This document shows, one piece after another, positions 51,804 to 61,609 of a stretch of 64,000 nt of DNA (position 1 is its first letter; each line of letters opens with the position of its first letter). The DNA comes from Bacteroidetes bacterium UBA7692 (GTDB lineage: Bacteria > Bacteroidota > Bacteroidia > Chitinophagales > LD1). The stretch lies in the NCBI GenBank assembly GCA_002482725.1, contig DLGO01000038.1, positions 16,310 to 80,309 on the forward strand, in the 5' to 3' direction. The notes under the pieces are model-generated. The model searched no databases. It saw only the letters and a list, made by a program, of their open reading frames with translations, and was not told where the DNA came from. A program made the position numbers and the translations under genes.

Positions 51804-54800
51804 CTACCGTATCAAAGTAAAGCTCCCACTCTTACCTTTTGTAGAGCCATCCGGCCAGCCCACCATCACGCTATAGAAATAGGTGCCATTTGGTTGCTCC
51901 ACGGTCTTGTATTTTCCGTCCCATCCCTTCGAGCCTTCTCTTTCGTCATATATCAGTTGGCCCCATCTGTTGTATACCCTCAGGTATTCCAATGCAGTAC
52001 TGCTCGACTCAAATACGGGAAAGAAAAGGTCATTGGCTCCGTCGCCATTTGGGGTAAATACATTCGGCATCTCAAAGTCGCAATCCAGCCCTATCAGTAT
52101 GCTGTCACCCGTGATGCATTGGTTGCTATCCTTTACAGTTACAATATACAGCCCAGCTCTGTTTATAGTTATTGTATTCGTTCTTTCCCCGGTAGACCAT
52201 AGCACTTCATACCCATCAGGTACGCTCAGTTGCAGCAGGTTATCACAGTGTACAGTATCATTTCCCAGATATATCACAGGCACGGGTAGCACCTTCAGTT
52301 GCAGTATGTATATCGTATCTGTGCTGCCGGGCAGGGTATCAGTATAAGCGCCCTCATTTTTCAGCCACTTGTCTACCAAAAAAACGCTGTCGCCCCGACA
52401 AATTGTAGCCTGAATATTCTTGACTACACTATTGCTGTTGCATCTGTTTACGGTCAGCTGCAGGCGGTATATAGTATCCGTCGCGCCAAACAAAGTATCT
52501 GTATACGTGCCGGTACTTTTTAGCCATCTGCCTCCAAAAAGGAAGCTATCGCCCTGGCATATAGTTTCGGCTATCACTTTCCTTTCAAAGCTATCGCAGC
52601 GTATCACATTCACTGTTACAGATGCCGCTGCTATACAACCATCGCCCGATACCGAGGTTACTGTATATGTAGTAGTATCTGTTGGGTGCACCACCGGATT
52701 AGGACAGCCCGCACAGCTTATTACACTTACATTTCCCGGAGTGTATACGTGTTTGCCAAACAAGCTGTTCAGCTTCAGTTCTACACCATTTCCATTGCAT
52801 ATCGTGGTATCATTGCCCAGGTCTACCGTCCTTGCGCTATCTACTGTTATGGTCACTGTATCTCTGAATATTCTGCCGCAAAAATCCTCTGCTTCTACAT
52901 AATATTTTCCTGCGCCATAAGCCGAAAAGGTGGAGTCGCCGGAATTGTCCTGCCATTTGTATCTTTTATAGCCTCCGCCTGCATTCAGCACTTTTACGCC
53001 ACCTACGCAAAAGCTTGTATCAGGTCCCAGGTTTATTGGCTTAGTAGTGCCTGTCACCACTATATCATCACAGTATACTTGCTGTGTAGGCAAGCCTTCA
53101 TCCACGGTCAGCCTCACACGGTAGGTGCCTGCAGTAGGGTACGATATAGGAGGCGGGTACTGCAAGGTGCTGTAGGGTACACCACAGTCAGTAAAGTTCA
53201 CCCAGCCTATAGCGCCCGAGTAGCTCTGTATCATCAGTGCCGTCAGCCCCGCATCGGTGCGCATCAGTTTGCTTATGCCTGCGCTGCGTTGCAGCGTATT
53301 GCTGAATGTATGTGTCACCTTTGGTGTGGCTTTTATAGAGTCCAGGTGTACCAGCGTATGGTTGGTATTATTCTCCTTTATTACAATTCCATCCAGGCTG
53401 CCGTCGCAGTTTACATACAGTGCTATATCGTCGTGCAGGTCTGCTCCTGCACGTACAAATGCTGTAGCCGTAGGTGTATTGCCCAGCGAGTTGCCAAAAT
53501 CAAATCTCTTTATTCCATCAAATAATCCGGTAGCCCATATCGTATGGTTCCCGTTTATTTTGTGGTAGCTGAATCCTGCACAGGCATTCACGCTGTGTAT
53601 CGAGTTCGACTGTACATTGTTGGTTATATTATTCCCCAGAAACATTGTATGTAGCGATGAGGAAGCCCGGGCGGCCACTATCAGCCACCAATTATTCCCA
53701 TCTTTTACTATCGATAGCTTATGCCCCCATCCCATGTTAGCAAACCCCGTCACCTGGCTTACCGCCGGGTTTGTATTCTCTATGTTTGTGCCAAAGTCCA
53801 GCCGGTATATATCTGTATTGAATAGTATGAATCCATAGTATTGCCCGTTTTCATACACTATGTCTATACCATGTGGCCGGTAGCCGTTCACTATGGCCGG
53901 TGTATTTATCCCTACCCGTACAGGAGTATTGTTGGCGCTTGTGCCAAAGTCCAGCCTGAAAAAGTAAGGGCTGCTGCTTATGTCATATCCTCCATAGAAT
54001 CCATAGTATTTCCCGCTTTGCGATTTTACCAGTTCTATACCCGCCAGTGTAGAATTAGGTACAGGATGCTGAAAGCTTTTTGTTTGTATCGTTGTCAGGT
54101 TCAGCTGCGCATCGCAGAAGCTCCACAGGTAGCTGGAAAAATGACACGCAGTATCCGGCTTCAGCGTTACATCCAGGCAGGTAGCCGCAGGCACAGGCGA
54201 ATATGTGAATGATGGCCTGCACACAGCGCCCACATGCACAAAGTTGGTAATGCTTGTGGTATCACTGCACTTGGCACTCGTGGCTATTAGGTACACTGAG
54301 TAGTCTCCTGCCTGGGCAAAGGTGTGCGTATAGTTCTGGCTCGTAGCCATCTGCACCCCATCTACAAACCACCTGTAGCTGGTAGCTCCTGTGGATAGAT
54401 TGGTAAAAGTTACCGCCTGTCCTGCTGCCGGGTTGCTCAGGCTTGCGCCAAACTGTGCCACTGCATCGCAGTTTACTACTATGGTATCTGCAAAAAAAGC
54501 AATGCAGTTAGTATCTGTCCCTCTTGTCTCCAGCTTTATAATATAAGTGCCTACAGCGTTAAAGGTATATGCCGGGCTAAGTTGGGTGCTGAACTGCACT
54601 CCATTCATGTACCACTTGTAGGTTGCAGCACCCGCAGAGCCATTCGTAAAGGCTACATTGCTACCTGCCGCTACCGTATCATTCACTACGGTGAATTTAG
54701 CCGTTATATTACTGGTGCATGGGTTCAGGCAAGAGTTGCAGGTGGTCAGGCTGCTGCGCACATTGTTTATGTGCCATTGCATCCGGTCCCTCTGGTCTGC

Positions 54801-55685
54801 GGTAAATATAGTCATGCAGGCCAGTGTAGTATAGTCCATATAGTTATGGTGCATATCTGGCTGATCTGTGGCAAAGCCTGACTGCGCATCCGTAGTGCAG
54901 CTATTCATACTGCCGTTGCAGCTTATGTTTGCGGTAGAGTTATCAGGTGGTGTATCGCATACTTTATCTCCGTCTGTCAGGCAGTTGCTGTTGGTGCATC
55001 CTCCTTCAAATGTGTGGTACAATCCCAGATAGTGGCCCATCTCATGCGATAGTACTGCGTTTCTTTCCGGTGTACTTCCCATCATGCTGGCTATTACCAC
55101 TATTCCGTCTATAGTGCTGCCGTGTGCCGAGGGAAAATAGGCATATCCTCCTATGCTTCCACAGCTCCCTCCGCTGCATATCTCCTTTACCACCCATATA
55201 TTTATATACCGGGTAGGGTCCCAGCGTATCAGGTTCTTTAGTGCCAGGTCATTGGTTATGCTGGTAGTGGTCAGTGCTGACTGCACCCTGTTTATCCCTG
55301 TGGTGTTTGCGCCCTGCGGGTCCTGCTTCGCCAGGCAAAATTGGATGTTCGTATTCACCCCATCTGTAGAGTCATACAACACGGTATTTCTGTATGACTC
55401 ATTCAGGTAGTCTACAGCCTTTTTCGCTTGGGCATCACTTATATTTTCCGTACCTCCATTGTGCACTATATGTATCACTACCGGCAGTAGGTATGTGGCT
55501 CTGGATCCCCGGTGAACAGGATGGCCATTGTTGTATATCTGGTTTTCTATCTGCTGGTGCAGCATTCTTGTTGCAGGGTTGGCTAACAGATTATTCATTG
55601 CTTCATCAGTCGCGCATTTTGTGTTGCCCTGGCCATAGCACATCATGCTTAAAGCTATAAATACAAGTGTAGTGAGCTTACCCAT
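51804..55685 (-). CDS. M43-family (pappalysin/cytophagalysin-like) zinc metalloprotease with PKD domains and type B T9SS C-terminal domain
   Basis: 1293 aa. It has the metzincin motif HEMGHYLGLYH, two PKD-like modules, a block of about 310 aa with six DFG-type repeats, and Ig-like modules. The C-terminus NVFTPNGDGANDLFFPVF...YNRWGQLIYD...GWDGKY...GTYFYSV is a gliding-motility-type (type B) CTD. Confidence 0.88.
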   Translation of the reverse strand: MGKLTTLVFIALSMMCYGQGNTKCATDEAMNNLLANPATRMLHQQIENQIYNNGHPVHRGSRATYLLPVVIHIVHNGGTENISDAQAKKAVDYLNESYRNTVLYDSTDGVNTNIQFCLAKQDPQGANTTGINRVQSALTTTSITNDLALKNLIRWDPTRYINIWVVKEICSGGSCGSIGGYAYFPSAHGSTIDGIVVIASMMGSTPERNAVLSHEMGHYLGLYHTFEGGCTNSNCLTDGDKVCDTPPDNSTANISCNGSMNSCTTDAQSGFATDQPDMHHNYMDYTTLACMTIFTADQRDRMQWHINNVRSSLTTCNSCLNPCTSNITAKFTVVNDTVAAGSNVAFTNGSAGAATYKWYMNGVQFSTQLSPAYTFNAVGTYIIKLETRGTDTNCIAFFADTIVVNCDAVAQFGASLSNPAAGQAVTFTNLSTGATSYRWFVDGVQMATSQNYTHTFAQAGDYSVYLIATSAKCSDTTSITNFVHVGAVCRPSFTYSPVPAATCLDVTLKPDTACHFSSYLWSFCDAQLNLTTIQTKSFQHPVPNSTLAGIELVKSQSGKYYGFYGGYDISSSPYFFRLDFGTSANNTPVRVGINTPAIVNGYRPHGIDIVYENGQYYGFILFNTDIYRLDFGTNIENTNPAVSQVTGFANMGWGHKLSIVKDGNNWWLIVAARASSSLHTMFLGNNITNNVQSNSIHSVNACAGFSYHKINGNHTIWATGLFDGIKRFDFGNSLGNTPTATAFVRAGADLHDDIALYVNCDGSLDGIVIKENNTNHTLVHLDSIKATPKVTHTFSNTLQRSAGISKLMRTDAGLTALMIQSYSGAIGWVNFTDCGVPYSTLQYPPPISYPTAGTYRVRLTVDEGLPTQQVYCDDIVVTGTTKPINLGPDTSFCVGGVKVLNAGGGYKRYKWQDNSGDSTFSAYGAGKYYVEAEDFCGRIFRDTVTITVDSARTVDLGNDTTICNGNGVELKLNSLFGKHVYTPGNVSVISCAGCPNPVVHPTDTTTYTVTSVSGDGCIAAASVTVNVIRCDSFERKVIAETICQGDSFLFGGRWLKSTGTYTDTLFGATDTIYRLQLTVNRCNSNSVVKNIQATICRGDSVFLVDKWLKNEGAYTDTLPGSTDTIYILQLKVLPVPVIYLGNDTVHCDNLLQLSVPDGYEVLWSTGERTNTITINRAGLYIVTVKDSNQCITGDSILIGLDCDFEMPNVFTPNGDGANDLFFPVFESSSTALEYLRVYNRWGQLIYDEREGSKGWDGKYKTVEQPNGTYFYSVMVGWPDGSTKGKSGSFTLIR

Positions 55686-55925
55686 TTTTCAGGAGTTTAA
55701 AGTTAAGATATATTAAGGATGGCTTGAATATGCAAGCTAATATGTTTCTCTCATTTTTTCAGGAATAAAAAGCAAGGGAGCCGGGATTCTGTAATGTTAT
55801 TTTAATCTTACTGTCCTGTTATAAGTAAAGAGTAAATTCTCTGCGGTAAGATTATCTGTTGCTGCAAGGTAGGTTAGTACGAGGTACATTTATTATATAT
55901 GCCGGGATATTAAAAGATAGTATAA

Positions 55926-56795
55926 ATGGAACCTTTCGATAAACTCTGGAATTACAACGATCCTGCTGCTACAGAAATTAAGTTCAGGGACCTGCTGCAA
56001 GATTACACGCCGGAAAATGATTTATCCCTTTACCTGCAATTGCAAACACAGATTGCGCGCACCTATAGCCTTAGGCAAATGTTTAATGAGGCGCACGCCC
56101 TGCTGGATGCTGTTCAGGGCTTATTGCCCTCGCTGGCAGGTGTAGCACATATCCGTTACCACCTGGAGCGTGGCCGTACATTCAATAGTGCCGGCGGTAA
56201 GGTAGAGGCTAAAACTAATTTCGAGCAGGCACTCCAATATGCCGCCGACCTGGGCGAAGATGCTTCTACGATAGATGCCCTGCACATGCTGGCAATAATT
56301 GCTCCACCGGATGAGGCCATCGGTAGAAATGAAGAAGCAATCCGCTATGCCGAAAAGTCTGATGATATACAAGCAAAAAACTGGCTGGGCTCATTGTACA
56401 ACAACCTGGCCTGGGCTTACTTTGGTAAGGGGCAGTACAGGCAGGCCCTGGATATTTTTACGCGTGCCTTGCGCTGGAGGGAATCTAAAAAATCACAACC
56501 GGAAATATTCATTGCAAAATGGAGCATAGGGCGTACGCTCAGGGCGTTGGATAATATAGAGGAAGCTATGGCCATCCAGCATGAGCTATATGTAGAAATG
56601 CAGCACTTGGGCAAGCCCGATGGTTATGTATATGAAGAGCTGGCAGAGTTGCTGTTAATTGCCAATGATCCAGAGAGCAAGCGGTTATTTGGATTGGCTT
56701 ATAAAACCCTTTCCAAAGATTCCTGGTTTAGCAATAATGAGGCCGCAAGGTTGGAGCGTCTAAAACAGTTGGCAGGTAACATTGCAGGCGGATAA
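55926..56795 (+). CDS. TPR-like helical repeat protein
   Basis: 289 aa with TPR-like repeats (NNLAWAYFGKGQYRQALDIFTRAL). No signal peptide. Confidence 0.65.
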   Translation: MEPFDKLWNYNDPAATEIKFRDLLQDYTPENDLSLYLQLQTQIARTYSLRQMFNEAHALLDAVQGLLPSLAGVAHIRYHLERGRTFNSAGGKVEAKTNFEQALQYAADLGEDASTIDALHMLAIIAPPDEAIGRNEEAIRYAEKSDDIQAKNWLGSLYNNLAWAYFGKGQYRQALDIFTRALRWRESKKSQPEIFIAKWSIGRTLRALDNIEEAMAIQHELYVEMQHLGKPDGYVYEELAELLLIANDPESKRLFGLAYKTLSKDSWFSNNEAARLERLKQLAGNIAGG

Positions 56796-56850
56796 CAGGA
56801 AATTTTGCTGGTCATACTACATGTAATTTTAACGCTTTATAGAGCCATAC

Positions 56851-57924
56851 ATGAAGACGGTAAATATCATTGTTCTTATCTTGCTTATCAGCAATATATC
56901 GAAGGCGCAATCTATTGCGGCATTGGCGGATAGCATCCGCACCGCATACCATATTCCTGAGCTGGGTTATGCAGTGGTTTCATTGAAACAGGTAAATGAA
57001 CTGCAGGTTTCAGGTGTCCGGCAGATAGGAACAACAAGGACGGCAATGCCGGAAGACAGGTTCAGGATCGGGTCCAATACCAAAGCCATTACAGGCTTTA
57101 TTGCTGCGCAACTGGTTAAGGAGGGAACTATACATTGGGATACAAAATTCTTCGATTTGTTTCCTGAGTTAAAGACAAGAAATAATAGGGCTTTCCATAA
57201 TCTGACATTGTTGCGGTTATTGAGCTTCAGGACAAATTTATACCCCTATACATATACTTATCCCGAGCCTGCAGAAACACAATTCAAAGGCACGTATCAG
57301 GAACAGCGTCTCGAGTTTGCAGCCTGGTTTTTTAAGCAAAAACCCGTTGCCGGCAAGGATAGTTTTCATTTTTCCAATCTTGGCTACATCGCTGCTGGCC
57401 TTATGCTGGAAAGGGCTTCGGGAAAACAGTTTAAAGATTTGGTAGATGGGCTGGGTGCCAGGCTGGGTGTTTCATTCGGTTTTGGTCAGCCTAATTTTGC
57501 AGACTCCACCCAGCCATGGGGTCACGATATGAATATGTTGCCGGAAGCACCTGGCAACAGCGTAAAGCTGGAATGGTTGCAGGCTGCAGGCAATATCAAT
57601 ATAGGCTTGCCGGATTATTCCCGGTTTATCCAGCTTCAGCTGCAGGGACTGAATGGGAATTCAGACTTATTGAGCAAGCAGGAGTTCAATTTTCTTCATT
57701 TTGGTCTTAATCGGTTTGCAGTTGGCTGGTTCAATTCGGTGGATGAAAATGGCCGTCGCTATTCGTACAATACCGGAAATCCCGGTACTTTCCTTACCCG
57801 GGTATATGTATTTCCTGATTCAGATAAAGCGCTTATTCTTTTCTGCAATGTCCAGTCTCCGGAAGCAGAAGCAGCATTCGAAATATTGTATCAGCAGTTT
57901 AGGCAAAATTATCTGGGTCAGTAG
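56851..57924 (+). CDS. serine hydrolase, beta-lactamase/PBP-like family
   Basis: 357 aa with a signal peptide and an S-x-x-K motif in FRIGSNTKAITG. Confidence 0.8.
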   Translation: MKTVNIIVLILLISNISKAQSIAALADSIRTAYHIPELGYAVVSLKQVNELQVSGVRQIGTTRTAMPEDRFRIGSNTKAITGFIAAQLVKEGTIHWDTKFFDLFPELKTRNNRAFHNLTLLRLLSFRTNLYPYTYTYPEPAETQFKGTYQEQRLEFAAWFFKQKPVAGKDSFHFSNLGYIAAGLMLERASGKQFKDLVDGLGARLGVSFGFGQPNFADSTQPWGHDMNMLPEAPGNSVKLEWLQAAGNINIGLPDYSRFIQLQLQGLNGNSDLLSKQEFNFLHFGLNRFAVGWFNSVDENGRRYSYNTGNPGTFLTRVYVFPDSDKALILFCNVQSPEAEAAFEILYQQFRQNYLGQ

Positions 57925-57937
57925 GAGCAACTTGCAC

Positions 57938-57969
57938 AAAAAAAGCCCCATGCACTGCATGGGGCTTTA
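57938..57969. terminator. bidirectional rho-independent terminator
   Basis: Stem AGCCCCATG cactg CATGGGGCT flanked by AAAAAA and TTT, lying between convergent genes. Confidence 0.75.
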
Positions 57970-57991
57970 GTATATTCTGGATTGCAGTATC

Positions 57992-60900
57992 TTAATCTAC
58001 CAGCAATCTCAATGTCCTGTTGGCAACACCATTGTTCACTTTTATAAAGTAAACGCCTGGTGCCAATCCGCTTACATCCAGTGTGGTGGTATAGTCTTCA
58101 GTTACATTAGCTTCGTGTTTGCTCAATACCTGCTGTCCTATGGCATTGTACATTTCCAGGTTCAGGTTTTTGTTATTGCCTTTCACCCTTATGCTCACGG
58201 TTTCCTTCGCAGGGTTGGGGTACATCGTCAGGTCTATAGTTTCTGCTTCTTCTATTCCTGTACATCCGCTCACGGTTACAGTTATAGAAGCGGCCGTTAT
58301 ACATCCATCCGGTGTCCTGGCTGTTACCGTATAAGTAGTAGTTCCTGATGGGAAAACAACCGGGTTAGGGCAACCTGTACAGCTCACTATAGTTATATTG
58401 CCCGGGTTGTAGGTAAATCCGCTGAAGTTGTTGTTCAGTTTTATTTCCACTCCTGCACCTGTGCATATTACTGTATCGCTGCCCAGATTAAGCGTTCTCA
58501 TGCTGTCTACAGTTATGGTAATAGTATCTCTGTAAATATTGCCGCAATGGTCTTCTACTTCTACCGAATAAGTGCCGGCACCAGAAGCAGAGAACAATGA
58601 ATCCTGTGAAAGGTCATGCCACAGGTAACGTTTGTAGCCCGAGCCTGCATTCAATGTTAGCACACCTGCTACGCACATTGTAGTATCAGGGCCCAGGTTC
58701 AATGGTTTTGCAGTTATGTTCGTCACTACTATGTTGTCGCAGTATACCTGTTGTGTAGGCAGGCCTTCATCTACCGCCATGCGCACATAGTAGGTGCCCG
58801 GGTTAGTGTACGATACTGGTGCAGGGTACTTCTGCGTGCTGAATGGCAGTCCGCAATCTTTAAAGTTTAACCAGCCGATAGCATTGGCATAGCCTTGCGT
58901 GGTCAGGGCAGTTAAGCCTGCATCTGTCCTTATCAGCCTGCTCATGCCCGCTGTGCGACCCATGTTCTTGCTAAATGTGTCCACAAGGGTAAGCGTAGCA
59001 TTTACAGAGTCTATATGGATTAGCGCGTGTGTGGTTATATTTTCTTTCATCACTACGCCATCCAGGCTGCCATCGCAGTTCTGGTAAAGGGCTATGTCAT
59101 CGTGATAGCCTGCGCCTACCTTCATAAATGCCGATGCAGTGGGTGTATTGGCCAGAGAGTTGCCAAAGTTGAAGCGTTTGATGCCATCAAATAAACTGGT
59201 GGCCCATATTACATGCTTACCGTTTATTTTGTGGTAGCTGAATCCTGCACATGCATTTACAGTATGTTTTACTGTAGACTGCACATTGTTGGTTATACTG
59301 TTGCCCAGAAACATGATATGTATGGCACTTGAGGTTCTGGCCGCTATTATCAGCCACCAGTTGTTTGTCTCATGCACTATCTCTATCCTGTGTCCCCAGT
59401 TCATACCGGTAAAGCCTGTAAGCTTGGTTACTACCGGGTTGGTATTTTCGATGTTTGTACCAAACTCAAGCCTGTATACGTTGGTGTTAAACAAAACGAA
59501 ACCATAGTATTTACCGTTGTCAAATATCATATCAAGCCCGTGTGCATATTGCTCTTGCGGTATGGTAGGTGTATTGATAGGTACACGCACAGGAGTGTTG
59601 TTTACACTGGTGCCAAAGTCTAATCGGTAGAAGTATGGGGATGTGGTATTGTCGTACAATCCATAGAATCCATAATATTTCCCACCCGGAGATCTTAGGA
59701 AGTCCACGCCCGCCGGAATCGAAAGGCCAACAGGGTGTACAAAGTTCTTGGTTTGAATAGAAGCCTTGTTAAACTGTGGTTCGCAGAAAGTCCACAGATA
59801 GTTAGAGAAGTCGCAAACAGTATCTGGTTTGAACTCTACATCCAGGCAGGATGTAGCTGTGGTATTAGAGGCCGTAAATGAAGCTTGGCATGGTGTTCCT
59901 ACCTGTATAAAGTTAAGTATGGTTGTTGTATCACTACATATAGCAGATGTAGCTATCAGGTAAACCGAATAGGCACCGTTTTGATTGAATGTATACGTCA
60001 GGTCCTGCGCGGTACCAACTACCACCCCGTCTACCAGCCACTGGTAGGTTGTGGCACCTGTAGAAAGGTTGGTGAAAGTCACCGCCTGGCCTACTGCCGA
60101 GTTTACAACACTGGCTCCGAACTGCGCTACTACACCGCAGTTTACGATAATGGTATCTGTAAAAATGGCAAGGCAGTTGGTATCTGTACCACGCGCTTCC
60201 AGCCTTACTATAAAGGTACCTTGAGTATTAAATGTATACGATGGATTTGCCTGTGTGGAAGCCAATGCGCCATTTATAAACCATTTGTAGCTGTTGGCGC
60301 TGGTAGAGGCATTGGTGAAGGTTACCGCTGTGCCTACGGTTACGGTATCATCCGAAGAGCTGAAAGATGCAGTTATGTTGCTGGTACAAGGGTTGAGGCA
60401 GGAGTTGCAGTTTAGCAAGCTACTGCGCACATTGTTTATATGCCAGTGCATTCTGTCCCTTTGGCCTGCGGTATATATTGTTCTGCAGGTACCGGGTGTA
60501 TAGTCCATATAGTTCTTGTGCATATCCGGCTGGTCTGTGGTAAACCCAGAGAGCGCATCTGTAGTGCAACTGTTCATGCTGCCACTGCAAGCTATGTATG
60601 CTGTAGAGTTATCCGGTGGCGTATCGCATACCTTATCACCGTCTGTCAGGCAGTTGTTGTTGGTGCACCCTCCCTGAAATGAGTGGTACAGGCCAAGGTA
60701 GTGGCCCATTTCGTGTACCGTGGTAGATGTAGCGCCGGGCGAGCTGCCTACCGTAGATGCAAGCACCACTATGCCATCGTAGCTGCTGCCATGTGCCGAA
60801 GGGAAGTAAGCATACCCACCTATGTTGCATTGGCTGCCGCTACATATTTTCTTTACTATCCAGATATTGATGTATTTGGTCGGATTCCATCGGGTCAGGT

Positions 60901-61357
60901 TTTTCATGGCTACGTCATTCACGCTCAGGTCCAGATTGGTTAGTGGCGACTGCACCCTGTCTATACCTGTGGTTGCTTGCCCTTGCGGGTTCTGTTTAGC
61001 GAGGCAAAATTGAATATTGGTATTTACGCCATCAGTAGAATCGTACATCGAGGAATTCCTGAATGCATTGTTCAATTGATCAAGGGCTTTTAGTACCAGT
61101 GCGTCACTTATATTTTCAGGACCTCCGTTGTGGATTATATGAAATACTACGGGTAGGAGGTAGGTGGATCTGGAGCCTCCATGTCCTGCACCACCATCCG
61201 CATTATATATTTTGTTTTCAATCTGTAAATGTCTTTGCAGGTTGGCGGGGTCGCTGAAGAAGCTGTTCATTACAGCATCATTTCCGCATTCGTTGGCATT
61301 TTGGGCAATGCCTGCCATGCTGAAAAATATCAGCATCAGCAGTAAAAGTTTGTTCAT
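57992..61357 (-). CDS. M43-family zinc metalloprotease with PKD domains and type A T9SS sorting domain (paralog of 51804-55685)
   Basis: 1121 aa. It has HEMGHYLGLYH and the same PKD, DFG-repeat and Ig-like layout. The C-terminus is MYPNPAKETVSIRV...GVYFIKVNNGVANRTLRLLVD (type A CTD). Confidence 0.88.
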   Translation of the reverse strand: MNKLLLLMLIFFSMAGIAQNANECGNDAVMNSFFSDPANLQRHLQIENKIYNADGGAGHGGSRSTYLLPVVFHIIHNGGPENISDALVLKALDQLNNAFRNSSMYDSTDGVNTNIQFCLAKQNPQGQATTGIDRVQSPLTNLDLSVNDVAMKNLTRWNPTKYINIWIVKKICSGSQCNIGGYAYFPSAHGSSYDGIVVLASTVGSSPGATSTTVHEMGHYLGLYHSFQGGCTNNNCLTDGDKVCDTPPDNSTAYIACSGSMNSCTTDALSGFTTDQPDMHKNYMDYTPGTCRTIYTAGQRDRMHWHINNVRSSLLNCNSCLNPCTSNITASFSSSDDTVTVGTAVTFTNASTSANSYKWFINGALASTQANPSYTFNTQGTFIVRLEARGTDTNCLAIFTDTIIVNCGVVAQFGASVVNSAVGQAVTFTNLSTGATTYQWLVDGVVVGTAQDLTYTFNQNGAYSVYLIATSAICSDTTTILNFIQVGTPCQASFTASNTTATSCLDVEFKPDTVCDFSNYLWTFCEPQFNKASIQTKNFVHPVGLSIPAGVDFLRSPGGKYYGFYGLYDNTTSPYFYRLDFGTSVNNTPVRVPINTPTIPQEQYAHGLDMIFDNGKYYGFVLFNTNVYRLEFGTNIENTNPVVTKLTGFTGMNWGHRIEIVHETNNWWLIIAARTSSAIHIMFLGNSITNNVQSTVKHTVNACAGFSYHKINGKHVIWATSLFDGIKRFNFGNSLANTPTASAFMKVGAGYHDDIALYQNCDGSLDGVVMKENITTHALIHIDSVNATLTLVDTFSKNMGRTAGMSRLIRTDAGLTALTTQGYANAIGWLNFKDCGLPFSTQKYPAPVSYTNPGTYYVRMAVDEGLPTQQVYCDNIVVTNITAKPLNLGPDTTMCVAGVLTLNAGSGYKRYLWHDLSQDSLFSASGAGTYSVEVEDHCGNIYRDTITITVDSMRTLNLGSDTVICTGAGVEIKLNNNFSGFTYNPGNITIVSCTGCPNPVVFPSGTTTYTVTARTPDGCITAASITVTVSGCTGIEEAETIDLTMYPNPAKETVSIRVKGNNKNLNLEMYNAIGQQVLSKHEANVTEDYTTTLDVSGLAPGVYFIKVNNGVANRTLRLLVD

Positions 61358-61553
61358 GTAGGAGAAAGTTTAGGAGGTGATATCTTGGTTTTTTGTGTTG
61401 TGTAATTGCGCTATAAAGACATGGGTACACATATATTCGTTGCGTTAAATGTAAAAAAAATAAAAATTAAAGAATCAAATTGAATTGAAAAAGTTTTGTG
61501 ACACAGCATTTTTAGTAACGCTGCACTAATCATGAAACCTCAATTCATGACAT

Positions 61554-61587
61554 AAAAAAAGCAGCCTGAACATCAGGCTGCTTTTTT
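61554..61587 (-). terminator. rho-independent terminator of infB
   Basis: Stem GCAGCCTGA aca TCAGGCTGC with flanking A and T runs, about 25 nt past the infB stop. Confidence 0.8.
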
Positions 61588-61609
61588 GTTTTATCAAGGT
61601 AGGGGAGAA

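Noticed and set aside
52686-53525. A 279-aa plus-strand ORF, and many 60-195-aa opposite-strand ORFs inside the large T9SS cargo genes (for example 48198-48785, 59885-60415).
   Set aside because: These are codon-aligned antisense frames of long genes with biased codon use. The translations are Cys/Tyr/Arg/Ile-rich, with no signal peptides or motifs.
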